From the NCBI GenBank assembly GCA_964593485.1, contig CAZQHS010000001.1, positions 11,779 through 65,654 of the forward strand: DNA of 53,876 nt. Reading direction: 5' to 3'. How positions within the stretch are numbered: position 1 is the first letter of the stretch; each line of letters starts with the position of its first letter. A model generated the notes under the pieces. That model did not search any database, had not been told where the DNA came from, and was given only the letters and a program-made list of their open reading frames with translations. Origin of the DNA: an uncultured Clostridiaceae bacterium (GTDB lineage Bacteria > Bacillota > Clostridia > Lutisporales > Lutisporaceae). This document shows, in pieces, positions 28,968-38,188 of this stretch. A program made the position numbers and the translations under genes.

Positions 28968-29864
28968 TCATACTTTAAGAAATTTTCTTATTGAAATCAT
29001 GCTGCCAACGGAACCTATAACTATTCCGATTATGGCTAACAAAATACTCAAATTATAAACTATATTGGCCATGGGCAATAAATTAATTGATATAAGTCCT
29101 AAGCTTTGTTGTTCTATATAACGGGATCCATAGTAATAACCCACGCTTATCACCGCCATTGATATAAAGCTTCCGATAAGTCCCATAAGAATGCCTTCGA
29201 TAAAAAAGGGTCCTTTGACAAATCCATCGGTGGCACCTACATATTTCATTATTCCTATTTCTTTTCGCCGGGCGAATACTGTTAATTTTATAGTATTGGA
29301 TATAATAAAAATGGATATCAGTACTAATATAACAACTATTGCCAAACTGCCTATTCTAAGCATATATGTAACATTTAACAACTTTTCCAACTCTTCTTTT
29401 CCATAGACGACATTTTCTACATTGGACATGGCACTAATTGCCATTGTCACATTGAAGGCCATTTTTGGATCTTCCAATGTTACGATAAATGAATCCGCCA
29501 ATGGATTGTCGTCCTCCAAGCCGTCCAATAAATTCGAGTTCTCACCTAACTGTTCGCTAAATTCCTCTAAAGCCTTTTCTTTTGATATGAAAGAGCTATC
29601 TTTAACACCGTTTAGGTTCTTGATATCCTCATTCATAGCATCCACAACTTCTATGCTTAAACCGTCATTTATGTAAACTTTGATTTCTACTTGGGATTCT
29701 AATTCCGTAGCCAAGTAATCAATGTTAAGAACTATGGTAAGAAATATTCCTATTACTAATAAAGCGGCAAAGACAGAACCGATAGCTGCTACACTCATAG
29801 CCTTATTTCTCCATAAATTCCTGAAGGATTGCCCGGTGAAATATCTAAAAGTCCTTATTTTCAT
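28968..29864 (-). CDS. ftsX: Cell-division ABC transporter permease FtsX
   Basis: 298 aa with FtsX topology (TM, extracellular loop domain, three C-terminal TMs). It overlaps the ftsE stop by 4 nt. Confidence 0.92.
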   Translation of the reverse strand: MKIRTFRYFTGQSFRNLWRNKAMSVAAIGSVFAALLVIGIFLTIVLNIDYLATELESQVEIKVYINDGLSIEVVDAMNEDIKNLNGVKDSSFISKEKALEEFSEQLGENSNLLDGLEDDNPLADSFIVTLEDPKMAFNVTMAISAMSNVENVVYGKEELEKLLNVTYMLRIGSLAIVVILVLISIFIISNTIKLTVFARRKEIGIMKYVGATDGFVKGPFFIEGILMGLIGSFISMAVISVGYYYGSRYIEQQSLGLISINLLPMANIVYNLSILLAIIGIVIGSVGSMISIRKFLKV

Positions 29865-30544
29865 ACTTCATAACCACCCTTCATTTCATCTCTGATTATT
29901 ACGCCTGCTTCGATTTCAATGACTCTCTTTTTCATTGAATCCACAATATCTTTTGCATGGGTGGCCATTAAAACGGTGGTTCCTCTTTGATTTATTTCGC
30001 TTAAATTTTTCATAATCTCCCAAGATGTTTCCGGGTCCAAATTCCCTGTGGGCTCATCTGCTATAAGGATGGAGGGTCCGTTCACCATAGCTCTGGCCAA
30101 AGAAACTCTTTGTTGTTCTCCGCCAGAAAGCTGGTTGGGATATAGCTCCGACTTTTTACTTAACCCCACAAGGCTCAAAATTATTGGAACTCTTCTTCGT
30201 ATATCTTTGGGTGAAGCCTCGATTACCTCCATGGCAAAGGCTACGTTTTCGTATACTGTTTTGTCTTGCAGCAATCTGAAGTCTTGAAAAACAACTCCTA
30301 TGCTACGTCTCAAATACGGTATTTCTCTTCTTTTTAGTTTAGAAATATCTTTGTTATTTATAATAATGCTGCCTGAGTCCGTTGTGATTTCTCTAAGCAG
30401 CAATTTTATCAACGTTGACTTACCGGCTCCGCTTTGACCGACTATAAAAACAAATTCACCATTGTTGATTTTAATGCTTACGTTATGCAACGCTTTAAAA
30501 CCATCGTCAAATGTCTTGCAAACATTAATCAGTTCTATCAACAA
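29861..30544 (-). CDS. ftsE: Cell-division ATP-binding protein FtsE
   Basis: Walker A GQSGAGKST, signature LSGGEQQR, Walker B LIADEP. The start is set at the TTG at 30544, 7 nt after GGAAAGG. The tracked upstream extension has no SD. Confidence 0.93.
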   Translation of the reverse strand: MLIELINVCKTFDDGFKALHNVSIKINNGEFVFIVGQSGAGKSTLIKLLLREITTDSGSIIINNKDISKLKRREIPYLRRSIGVVFQDFRLLQDKTVYENVAFAMEVIEASPKDIRRRVPIILSLVGLSKKSELYPNQLSGGEQQRVSLARAMVNGPSILIADEPTGNLDPETSWEIMKNLSEINQRGTTVLMATHAKDIVDSMKKRVIEIEAGVIIRDEMKGGYEV

Positions 30545-30747
30545 ATCACGACCTTTCCAACGTTTATTGCAAAACTTGTCAGATTGATAAAAACACATAT
30601 AAATATTTATTTCTACAAATATTTGAAAAATCCTCTATAATATTTAAATTTCCGTCAATACATATAAAAATGTTACAAGTTGTATTACTTGGACTGACTA
30701 TATTGTAAATTAAGGCATTATATCGCATAATAAACATAAAACCATGC

Positions 30748-31329
30748 TTGGAGTTGAGGATTTTGAAAGAACAGATAAGAAAAGAAATAATCCTTAAAAG
30801 GGATTTGTTGAATCCAGGGGAAGTGAATGATAAAAGCCAAAAAGTTTTTGAATATCTTGTGGAAATGAAAATATTTAAAGAATCATCCAATATTTTTACA
30901 TATTTAAGTTTTAAGAATGAAGTAAAAACAGACAAAATTATTAACCATTCGTTAAAATGCAGTAAGAATGTATATATTCCTTTGTGCAATACAGCCATCA
31001 AAGAATTAGTGGTTTGTAAAATGGATAGTTGGAGAGATCTTGAACCGAGCAAATTCGGCATCTTAGAACCAAAGATTGAAAATATTAAAATAGGCAACAG
31101 AGAGGATATTGACCTAACTATTGTACCCGGAGTTGTGTTTGATAGAAAAGGAAATAGAATAGGATATGGGGCAGGTTATTATGATAAATTTTTTTCGTCC
31201 CTTAAAAATGATATTTGTAAGATAGGTATTTGTTATTCATTTCAGATAATAGACACGATTGTTCCTTCATCTTATGATGTACCCGTGGATTATTTAGTTA
31301 CGGAAAAGGAAATAATCAAATGCAGTTAA
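30748..31329 (+). CDS. 5-formyltetrahydrofolate cyclo-ligase
   Basis: MTHFS motifs (VPGVVFDRKGNRIGYGAGYYDKF). The likely true start is the TTG at 30763, 9 nt after GGAG. This is one of only two plus-strand genes. Confidence 0.85.
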   Translation: MELRILKEQIRKEIILKRDLLNPGEVNDKSQKVFEYLVEMKIFKESSNIFTYLSFKNEVKTDKIINHSLKCSKNVYIPLCNTAIKELVVCKMDSWRDLEPSKFGILEPKIENIKIGNREDIDLTIVPGVVFDRKGNRIGYGAGYYDKFFSSLKNDICKIGICYSFQIIDTIVPSSYDVPVDYLVTEKEIIKCS

Positions 31330-31480
31330 CAAGAATACAAATGGAAATGCTGTTTCAGCGATAACCGATCTTATATTGTAAAGGCAGCATTGTGTAGGAA
31401 CCGTAGAATTTCTTGATGAAACGCAGGAAAAGCGAAATCAGACCACCGATAGAAGCTTCTATGCCAAGTTAATTAGTTGC

Positions 31481-31512
31481 AACTGGGAGATTTTGATTTC
31501 GCCCGGAGTGAG
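31481..31512 (+). repeat. 32-bp repeat (ATTTTGATTTCGCCCG family), copy B
   Basis: AACTGGGAGATTTTGATTTCGCCCGGAGTGAG matches the reverse complement of 22288-22319 at 29 of 32 positions. Confidence 0.7.
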
Positions 31513-31622
31513 TTTAGAAATTCAGGTTCTGAAACTCCTGCTGCCGTACAGTATATATCGGAAAGGCGGACAAGTAAATCGTTACGCATTTTATTGCTAC
31601 GATATCAGATCGCCAATCCCTC

Positions 31623-32549
31623 CTACTTCAGTTTCTTAACTGCTACCACAATATCCTCGGCTGATATTTTATAATGTTTTACCAAATCCATGGGTTTGCC
31701 CGATTGCCCAAATACATCATTTATACCCACCCTCACCATTCGTGTGGGGCATTCCTCGGATAAAACCTCCGCAACGGCACTACCCAAGCCTCCGATAATA
31801 TTATGTTCCTCAGCGGTGACAATGGCTTTTGTTTTCTTTGCAAATTCAACAATCAAATCTTTATCAATGGGTTTTATGGTATGCATATCTATAACGCTCA
31901 CATCTATACCATCGCTTTTCAACATTTCCGCTGCCTCCATAGCTAAATGCACCATGAACCCCGCGGCTATTATTGTTGCATCCTTTCCATCCTTTAAAAC
32001 AATTCCTTTGCCTATTTTAAAATTAACATCCTCTTTATGTATTACCGGCACGGCTAACCTGCCTAACCTGATATACATAGGCCCCTTATATTCCACAGCA
32101 GCCTCTATCGTCTTTTTGGCTGTGACTGCGTCAGCAGGATTGATCACAGTCATATTCGGTATTGCCCTCATTATTGCTATATCCTCTATAGCTTGATGAG
32201 ATGCCCCATCTTCTCCTACTGTGATACCGGCATGGGTTGCTGCAATCTTTACATTCAAGTTAGGATAGGCTATGGAATTCCTTACCTGTTCAAAAGCCCG
32301 GCCTGCCGCAAACATTGCAAAGGTGCTGGCAAAAGGTATTTTACCGCAGGTTGCAAATCCCGCTGCTGTACCCATTAGGTCCTGCTCCGAAATCCCTATA
32401 TTGAAAAATCGCTGGGGAAATTTCTTTTTAAATTCAAAGGTTTTAGTTGATTTTGATAAATCCGCATCCAAGACTACTATGTTTTCGTATTTTTCTCCCA
32501 ATTCCGCCAAAGCTGTACCATAGGCTTCTCTTGTCGCAATATTACTCAT
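31623..32549 (-). CDS. Transketolase, C-terminal (pyrimidine-binding) subunit
   Basis: The start ATG at 32549 shares 1 nt with the stop of the N-terminal subunit gene (TAATG). Motifs ISEQDLMGTAAG and AATHAGITVGEDGASHQ. Confidence 0.93.
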   Translation of the reverse strand: MSNIATREAYGTALAELGEKYENIVVLDADLSKSTKTFEFKKKFPQRFFNIGISEQDLMGTAAGFATCGKIPFASTFAMFAAGRAFEQVRNSIAYPNLNVKIAATHAGITVGEDGASHQAIEDIAIMRAIPNMTVINPADAVTAKKTIEAAVEYKGPMYIRLGRLAVPVIHKEDVNFKIGKGIVLKDGKDATIIAAGFMVHLAMEAAEMLKSDGIDVSVIDMHTIKPIDKDLIVEFAKKTKAIVTAEEHNIIGGLGSAVAEVLSEECPTRMVRVGINDVFGQSGKPMDLVKHYKISAEDIVVAVKKLK

Positions 32550-33376
32550 TACTCCATTACCTCCAATTCCTTTAAGGCTTGTTCTGATTGTTCTTTGTTC
32601 GGTGCTACGCCGTGCCAATCAGCTATATTTTCCATAAAGGACACACCTTTGCCTTTAATTGTTTTAGCTATTATCACCGTTGGTTTGCCTTTAATACTTT
32701 TCGCCTCTTCAACGGCTTTTTCAATTTGTTCCAAATCATGCCCATCTATGCTGATGGTATGCCATCCGAAGGCCTTCCATTTATCCTCTATAGGCTCTAC
32801 ATTCATGACATCTTTATTGAAACCGTCTATTTGTAGTCCGTTGTTATCAATGAATGCGGTAATATTATCCAATCCGTAATGTGCCGCCGTCATGGCACCT
32901 TCCCATATCTGCCCTTCTTGAAGCTCACCGTCTCCTATGATTACAAAAACTCTATAATCTTTTTTATCAAGTCTACCTGCCAGTGCCATTCCGTTTGCGG
33001 CTGAAAGCCCTTGACCCAATGACCCGGTGGACATATCCACACCTGGAGTATCTTTCATATCCGGATGCCCCTGCAACATGGAATCGATTTTTCTCAGCTT
33101 CATAAGCTCTTCTTTCGGAAAATAACCCTTTTCTGCCAAAGTACCATATAATAAAGGTGCACCATGACCTTTTGACAATACCAATCTGTCCCTATCCGGT
33201 TTGATCGGCTCTTTTGGGTCAATATTCATTTCCTTAAAATAAAGATAAGTCAAAATCTCTACTCCGGAAAGCGAGCCCCCCGGATGACCTGATTTGGCCT
33301 CTGTCAGCATATTTATAATGCTTTTCCTTATATTCTTTGCCTTAATTTTTAGTCCTTCCAAAGTATCCGTATCCAT
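32549..33376 (-). CDS. Transketolase, N-terminal (TPP-binding) subunit
   Basis: The ATG at 33376 is preceded by GGAGGAG. Motifs GHPGGSLS and GDGELQEG. Confidence 0.93.
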   Translation of the reverse strand: MDTDTLEGLKIKAKNIRKSIINMLTEAKSGHPGGSLSGVEILTYLYFKEMNIDPKEPIKPDRDRLVLSKGHGAPLLYGTLAEKGYFPKEELMKLRKIDSMLQGHPDMKDTPGVDMSTGSLGQGLSAANGMALAGRLDKKDYRVFVIIGDGELQEGQIWEGAMTAAHYGLDNITAFIDNNGLQIDGFNKDVMNVEPIEDKWKAFGWHTISIDGHDLEQIEKAVEEAKSIKGKPTVIIAKTIKGKGVSFMENIADWHGVAPNKEQSEQALKELEVME

Positions 33377-33480
33377 TTTTCTCCTCCCTTTGGTATATTT
33401 ATTACTCTTTCCCAGGAATGTATTTATAAAAAGTTTATTAAATCGTGGCATAGCTCTCAGGTTTAATATTATTGATAGAA

Positions 33481-33559
33481 CGGGTAGAGTTTTGTTTTTC
33501 AGCAAAACTCTTTACTGTAATCTTGTTATAATGTAAACAATTTGATGCATCGAAAAGTC
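33481..33559 (-). repeat. About 80-bp dispersed repeat, copy 2; partner at 5998-6078
   Basis: See copy 1. This copy contains a perfect 8-bp hairpin GAGTTTTG-N8-CAAAACTC (33488-33511). Confidence 0.8.
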
Positions 33560-33601
33560 CTGTGTTTTCAGCAAAACCGTGACTTTACGGAGACTTCCCA
33601 A

Positions 33602-34333
33602 CTACTTTGTTTTAGCATCATATAATGCTATAAGAATAAATTTAGGAAGTTTTAAAACTCTGAAAATCCTTTTAGGGTCTTTAAGAAGTCTATAAAACCA
33701 TTCCAGTCCGGCTTTTTGCCAAAACTCCGGTGCTCTTTTTACCTTTCCGGCAATAACATCAAGGCTTCCTCCCACACCCATGATAATTTTTACAGGTAGT
33801 GAATGCCTATGTTCATATATCCATCTTTCCTGCTTAGGTGCTCCAAGGGCTACAAATACAATATCCGGTTTTAATCTTATTATATCCTCAATTATCAATA
33901 TTTCTTCGTCGTCATGGAAATATCCGTTATGCATGCCTGCAATATTAATGCCGCAATATTTTTCCTTAAGCCTTGCTGCCGCTTCCTCCGCTACCCCTTC
34001 TTTGCCTCCCAATAAATAAATGCTTTTTTTCTTGTGGTATGCTACTTCGATTAATTTGCACATCAAGTCATATCCGGCGACTCTTTCCTTTATGGGCATA
34101 TTGTAAAATTTTGAAGCCATTACCACACCTATGCCATCAGGCACAACTAAGTCTCCGCTATTTAAAATTTCAGCAAAGGCAGGTTCTTTTATTGCATCTA
34201 AAAGTATCTCACTATTTGGAGTAAATATTATATTTGTACTTTCACCATCCAGGAAATCTTCTGTTTTTATAACTGCATCTATAATTGTCAAATTATCTAT
34301 TTTCACACCAACTATATCTACCGTATTTCTCAT
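33602..34333 (-). CDS. tagA: WecB/TagA/CpsF family glycosyltransferase (N-acetylmannosaminyltransferase-like)
   Basis: 243 aa with family motifs VPDGIGVV, LGAPKQE and GVGGSLDVIAGKVKRAP..GLEWFYRL. Confidence 0.9.
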   Translation of the reverse strand: MRNTVDIVGVKIDNLTIIDAVIKTEDFLDGESTNIIFTPNSEILLDAIKEPAFAEILNSGDLVVPDGIGVVMASKFYNMPIKERVAGYDLMCKLIEVAYHKKKSIYLLGGKEGVAEEAAARLKEKYCGINIAGMHNGYFHDDEEILIIEDIIRLKPDIVFVALGAPKQERWIYEHRHSLPVKIIMGVGGSLDVIAGKVKRAPEFWQKAGLEWFYRLLKDPKRIFRVLKLPKFILIALYDAKTK

Positions 34334-34382
34334 TTTTCTACACCTTTCGAAAAACTTGATTTGTGCCTACACTTTTATTCCC

Positions 34383-36605
34383 TTACAAGTCCCTTTCCAT
34401 TAATTCAAAAGCAAGTTTTACATTTTCTTTGGTTAGCTCCTTTAGTTCCGCCATTCTCAACTCTAACTTTTTCTTTTCATAATCGTAGTTATCCATAATC
34501 ATATCTATCTTTTCGTTTATCTTACTGCTACTTATATTCTCTACATTACCTGCAGCCGGTTGGCCTATATATTCTAAATATCCTTTTACTTTAGGATCAT
34601 AAATAAGCCCTACCATGGGTGTTGTGGCAATTGATGAATAAATCAGTGTATGAAGCCTCATTGCCATTACTATAACGAGACGTTCAGCAATTCCAATGAG
34701 TTCTTCGGGCAAGTATACTTCTGAAAGTATTTTATATGGTATATCAAGGGGCTGGGCAAAGCATTTTATTACTTCAAGATCGCCTGCACTCATAGGTATA
34801 AACAAAGGGATAAGGTTATATTTATTATAAATGTATACCAAAGACTCAGCCAGCCGAACATTAAAGTCCCCAGAATACTTCCAATCTCTGATATTAATAC
34901 CAATCAATTTTGTTTCCCGGGAAATGCCTTCTTTTTTCAATAGGTCTTCAACAATATGTACATCAGCCGGTTTAGTAGTTAGAACAGGGTCTGCAGTGAG
35001 AATTGTTTTAGGTTTATCTATTCCTATTTCTCTTAAAAGTTTTAATGAATGTTCTTCCCTTAAGGTGATTAAATCTACTTGGTTTATTATCCTATTTACC
35101 CTTTTTGCGTTATTTTTAGAATTTATAGGACCAATCCCGTTGGCATAAAGCATAATTTTCTTTTTATAATGCAATGCTATTTTTATGATAAACAAATAAT
35201 ACAACAAGGATCTTGTGCTGGTTTGGTCTTGGAGCAAACTGCCCCCGCCGCTTATAAATAAATCGCTTTTCTTAATCTTTTTAGAAATATCAATTAAATT
35301 TATCCGGTTTATTGAATTTATGCTATATTCGGTGCTTGTTTTATCCGGATTGTTGGATAATGCTGTTATTCTAATGTTTGAATTATAATCTCTAAAATCT
35401 CTGACTATAGACTTTAATATTGCTTCATCTCCGCTATTACCAAAACCGTAATATCCTGATATTACCGCGGATAAACTTTTTTGGCTTTGCTTTACGATAG
35501 TGTTGTAGATTTTAATATGAAGAGAAGCTAACTTTTCCAATGAATAATTTGCTTTTGCGTATTCCAATAATTCTTTTCCGAAAGTAATTCTTTTTTCCTT
35601 GTCGTCAATCAGTGATTTTAGTTTTTTTGCCAATTCTTTATTGTCTCCGGCTTTAAATAGATAACCGTTTATCCCGTCTTTGATAAGCATGGGAATCCCA
35701 CCCACAGCGGAAGAAACAGTAGGTTTTAAGAGTTGAGCACCTTCCATCAAAACATAAGGAAAACTTTCGCTATAAGATGTTAATACATTTATATCAATAG
35801 CATTTAAAAAATCATAGGGGTTCTCCACAAACCCGATAAAATGGACTTTGTCTTCTATCTTTAGATTCTTGACTAAATTTGTCAGCTCCGGCATCTCATC
35901 TTTACTGCCCGTAATTAAAAAATGAACATCTTTGTTTGTTTCCAATACTTCTCCGGCTGCTTTTATAAAAACTTCATGACCTTTTACCGGATGTATTCTT
36001 GCCAAAATGCCCACTATTAATTTGTTATGTATATGAGCCAATCCTATTTCTTCAAGGAAATCTCCCTTGCTTTTATAACTTATGCTTTCGCTATAATCAA
36101 TGCCGTTATATACGGTATATACTTTATCTTGGGGAAAACCTCTGCCTATCAGCATTTGTCTAAAGTCTTCCGATACACCTATAAAGTAGTCAAATTTCTT
36201 TAGTGCAAAAATGTTCAAGTTTGTATAAATTAAATGTTTATAAATATTGCCTTTAAAATCCAACATAAAGTCACTATGTACAGTAGTCACGCAAGGGATA
36301 TCGGTTCTTTTTTTTATAAAGCGAGTTATAAAATTTGCCCGGGCACCATGAGAATGAATCATATTAATATTTTCTTCTTTAATAATCTTTATGATCTTTT
36401 CCACTACCTGCAAGTCATATCTTTTACCTTGCTCCATAACAAGAACATCAATGCCCATTTGCCTTCCTTCATCAGCAAAAGAACCTTCCATAAAACATAT
36501 AAGTTTTACGTTTATATTTTTTTGCAGTTCTTTAATCAAGGTCAAGACATGGGTCTTTGCACCTCCCACATCGCCGCCACTGATTAAATGAATTACTTTC
36601 AACAT
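34383..36605 (-). CDS. Fusion protein: N-terminal GT4 glycosyltransferase plus C-terminal CsaB-type polysaccharide pyruvyl transferase
   Basis: 740 aa. Residues 1-about 375 are GT4-like (HLISGGDVGGAKTH, SESFPYVLMEGAQ). From about residue 380 the match is to CsaB (ISGYYGFGNSGDEAIL, FISGGGSLLQDQTSTRSLLYY, YANGIGP). Confidence 0.88.
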   Translation of the reverse strand: MLKVIHLISGGDVGGAKTHVLTLIKELQKNINVKLICFMEGSFADEGRQMGIDVLVMEQGKRYDLQVVEKIIKIIKEENINMIHSHGARANFITRFIKKRTDIPCVTTVHSDFMLDFKGNIYKHLIYTNLNIFALKKFDYFIGVSEDFRQMLIGRGFPQDKVYTVYNGIDYSESISYKSKGDFLEEIGLAHIHNKLIVGILARIHPVKGHEVFIKAAGEVLETNKDVHFLITGSKDEMPELTNLVKNLKIEDKVHFIGFVENPYDFLNAIDINVLTSYSESFPYVLMEGAQLLKPTVSSAVGGIPMLIKDGINGYLFKAGDNKELAKKLKSLIDDKEKRITFGKELLEYAKANYSLEKLASLHIKIYNTIVKQSQKSLSAVISGYYGFGNSGDEAILKSIVRDFRDYNSNIRITALSNNPDKTSTEYSINSINRINLIDISKKIKKSDLFISGGGSLLQDQTSTRSLLYYLFIIKIALHYKKKIMLYANGIGPINSKNNAKRVNRIINQVDLITLREEHSLKLLREIGIDKPKTILTADPVLTTKPADVHIVEDLLKKEGISRETKLIGINIRDWKYSGDFNVRLAESLVYIYNKYNLIPLFIPMSAGDLEVIKCFAQPLDIPYKILSEVYLPEELIGIAERLVIVMAMRLHTLIYSSIATTPMVGLIYDPKVKGYLEYIGQPAAGNVENISSSKINEKIDMIMDNYDYEKKKLELRMAELKELTKENVKLAFELMERDL

Positions 36606-36660
36606 TATCTCGCACTTCCTTATTGTTTTATTGGTAAAGGCGGGCAGAGGTCCGCCACTA

Positions 36661-37863
36661 CTAACCTATAAGTCCCGTATTTCTTACTTCCAATTCGGGT
36701 TTAACCTTGGCCTCATATGCTGGTACCCTTCCTATTATCACACTTCTTAACTTAAATCTTGATAATAGTAAAACTGTTGTAACAGTGATAGCCCACCCGG
36801 CAACGGCCAAAAATATTAATGTGCTGATTCTACTATAACCTAAAACAGTGGGATATTTGTTAATTATTTTCACTTTGATTAATTCCAATACAAAAGGATG
36901 AAGAAAATATATTCCCAAAGAGTATGTTCCCCATGCCCTTAACATATTCTTATACCTGCCATTGCTTTTATGAATCCTTTTCCCAAGCCATACCAAAATG
37001 ACTATGGTACAAGTTGCAAAAAACATAGTCATAGGCCTTATAGAACCGTATCTTTCATAATAGTTTCTACCCTGATTCTTAAAGATGCTATAATAAGCCT
37101 CACCGATATACAAAAAAGCCGACAGTAAATATGCAGGAATTATTCTAATTATATTATTCTCAATAAAATTTGAAACTTTTTTGTAATGCAGAGCCAAGAG
37201 ACCACCGGTGAAAAAGTAATAAAACCAACCAAATACACTTTTCCAATAATAAGTATTGAAATAGTTCAATATCACATTATTGCTATGCGTTTTATATGAA
37301 AACTCGTAAAGTAAAATAGCCCCTTGCATTATTGTTGTAATTCCAAAAAATAATAAGGGGGTTTTTTTCATAGATTTGATAAAATATTTCATAAACACGG
37401 GGTATAGTAAATAAAACTGAAATATGAGAAATATAAAATATAAATGGGGGTAAGCATTGCCAATGGCTGTAATTTTGATAAACTTTACAAAATCAATATT
37501 TATGGATTTATAATTGTTTATTAATTGATTAATAGGTGTCCATATTATATAAGGGAATATGGCATAGTACAAAAATGACCATAGCAAGTATGGCAATAAT
37601 ATAAACTTCAGTTTTTTATTGTAAAACTTTATCGTATGGAATTCTTCAAAACTCCTATAGTTATAGAACAATACAAATCCGGAAATCATCATGAATACCG
37701 GTGTGCCGAATCTGAAAAATTGGTTTAGAAAAACACCCAAATACATTGCCTTGCTTCCGTAAAGAGAAGACATGGCAAAGGAACCGCTAAGATGTATCAT
37801 AAAAATTCCCAAAGCACATATAGCCCTTATATAAAACAGTTCTTCAACTCTTTCTCTTTTCAA
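36661..37863 (-). CDS. Acyltransferase family 3 membrane protein (probable O-acetyltransferase)
   Basis: 400 aa with about 10 TM segments and the typical N-terminus (ELFYIRAICALGIFMIH). TTG start with a GGGGG SD. Confidence 0.85.
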   Translation of the reverse strand: MKRERVEELFYIRAICALGIFMIHLSGSFAMSSLYGSKAMYLGVFLNQFFRFGTPVFMMISGFVLFYNYRSFEEFHTIKFYNKKLKFILLPYLLWSFLYYAIFPYIIWTPINQLINNYKSINIDFVKFIKITAIGNAYPHLYFIFLIFQFYLLYPVFMKYFIKSMKKTPLLFFGITTIMQGAILLYEFSYKTHSNNVILNYFNTYYWKSVFGWFYYFFTGGLLALHYKKVSNFIENNIIRIIPAYLLSAFLYIGEAYYSIFKNQGRNYYERYGSIRPMTMFFATCTIVILVWLGKRIHKSNGRYKNMLRAWGTYSLGIYFLHPFVLELIKVKIINKYPTVLGYSRISTLIFLAVAGWAITVTTVLLLSRFKLRSVIIGRVPAYEAKVKPELEVRNTGLIG

Positions 37864-37917
37864 CTGTATCCCCCTATAAATATTCTTGTATTAGAATGTT
37901 ATGAAATACCGAAACGT

Positions 37918-38033
37918 GTCATTCTGAACGTAGTGAAGAATCTTTGTATCAGCCTCTTGCCTCTTGACTCTTGCTATTTCCGGCTTCTGGCCACTGGCCA
38001 CCAGGCTCTGGGTTAGGGTATTCCTTCAGGGTC
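37918..38033. repeat. Rearranged mosaic repeat copy
   Basis: GTCATTCTGAACGTAGTGAAGAATC (37918-37942) resembles 40997-41022. CTTCTGGCCACTGGCC (37985-38000) resembles 40885-40898. TTAGGGTATTCCTTCAGGGTC (38013-38033) is the inverted counterpart of 41026-41046. Confidence 0.7.
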
Positions 38034-38141
38034 AGGATCATTCGTATCTCAGATAACATAGGATGAAAATTAATGCCTTTCATTACACTTAAATATTATA
38101 ACATATTTTATAGGGTTGTATAGGGAGCAGGAGCACATAGA

Positions 38142-38175
38142 AAATGCTTAACCCCCTTACGGGTGTTAAGCATTT
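38142..38175 (-). terminator. Rho-independent terminator of the phosphodiester glycosidase gene
   Basis: A 14-bp stem with one mismatch (AAATGCTTAACCCCC / GGGTGTTAAGCATTT), loop TTAC and a T-run on the minus strand, 14 nt after the stop at 38189. Confidence 0.75.
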
Positions 38176-38188
38176 AGCATAATTATAT

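Noticed and set aside
30579-31097. 172-aa minus-strand ORF overlapping the 5-formyl-THF cyclo-ligase gene
   Set aside because: It is antisense to a gene with clear family motifs. The sequence is low-complexity and Leu/Ile/Phe/Ser-rich, it has no SD, and it would overlap ftsE. This is a typical shadow ORF of AT-rich DNA.
31477-31674. Short plus-strand ORFs lying in repeat-rich spacers (31477-31674, 37792-38016, 16598-16840)
   Set aside because: They span repeat modules and gene ends, have no SD, and their reading frames are not preserved between repeat copies.
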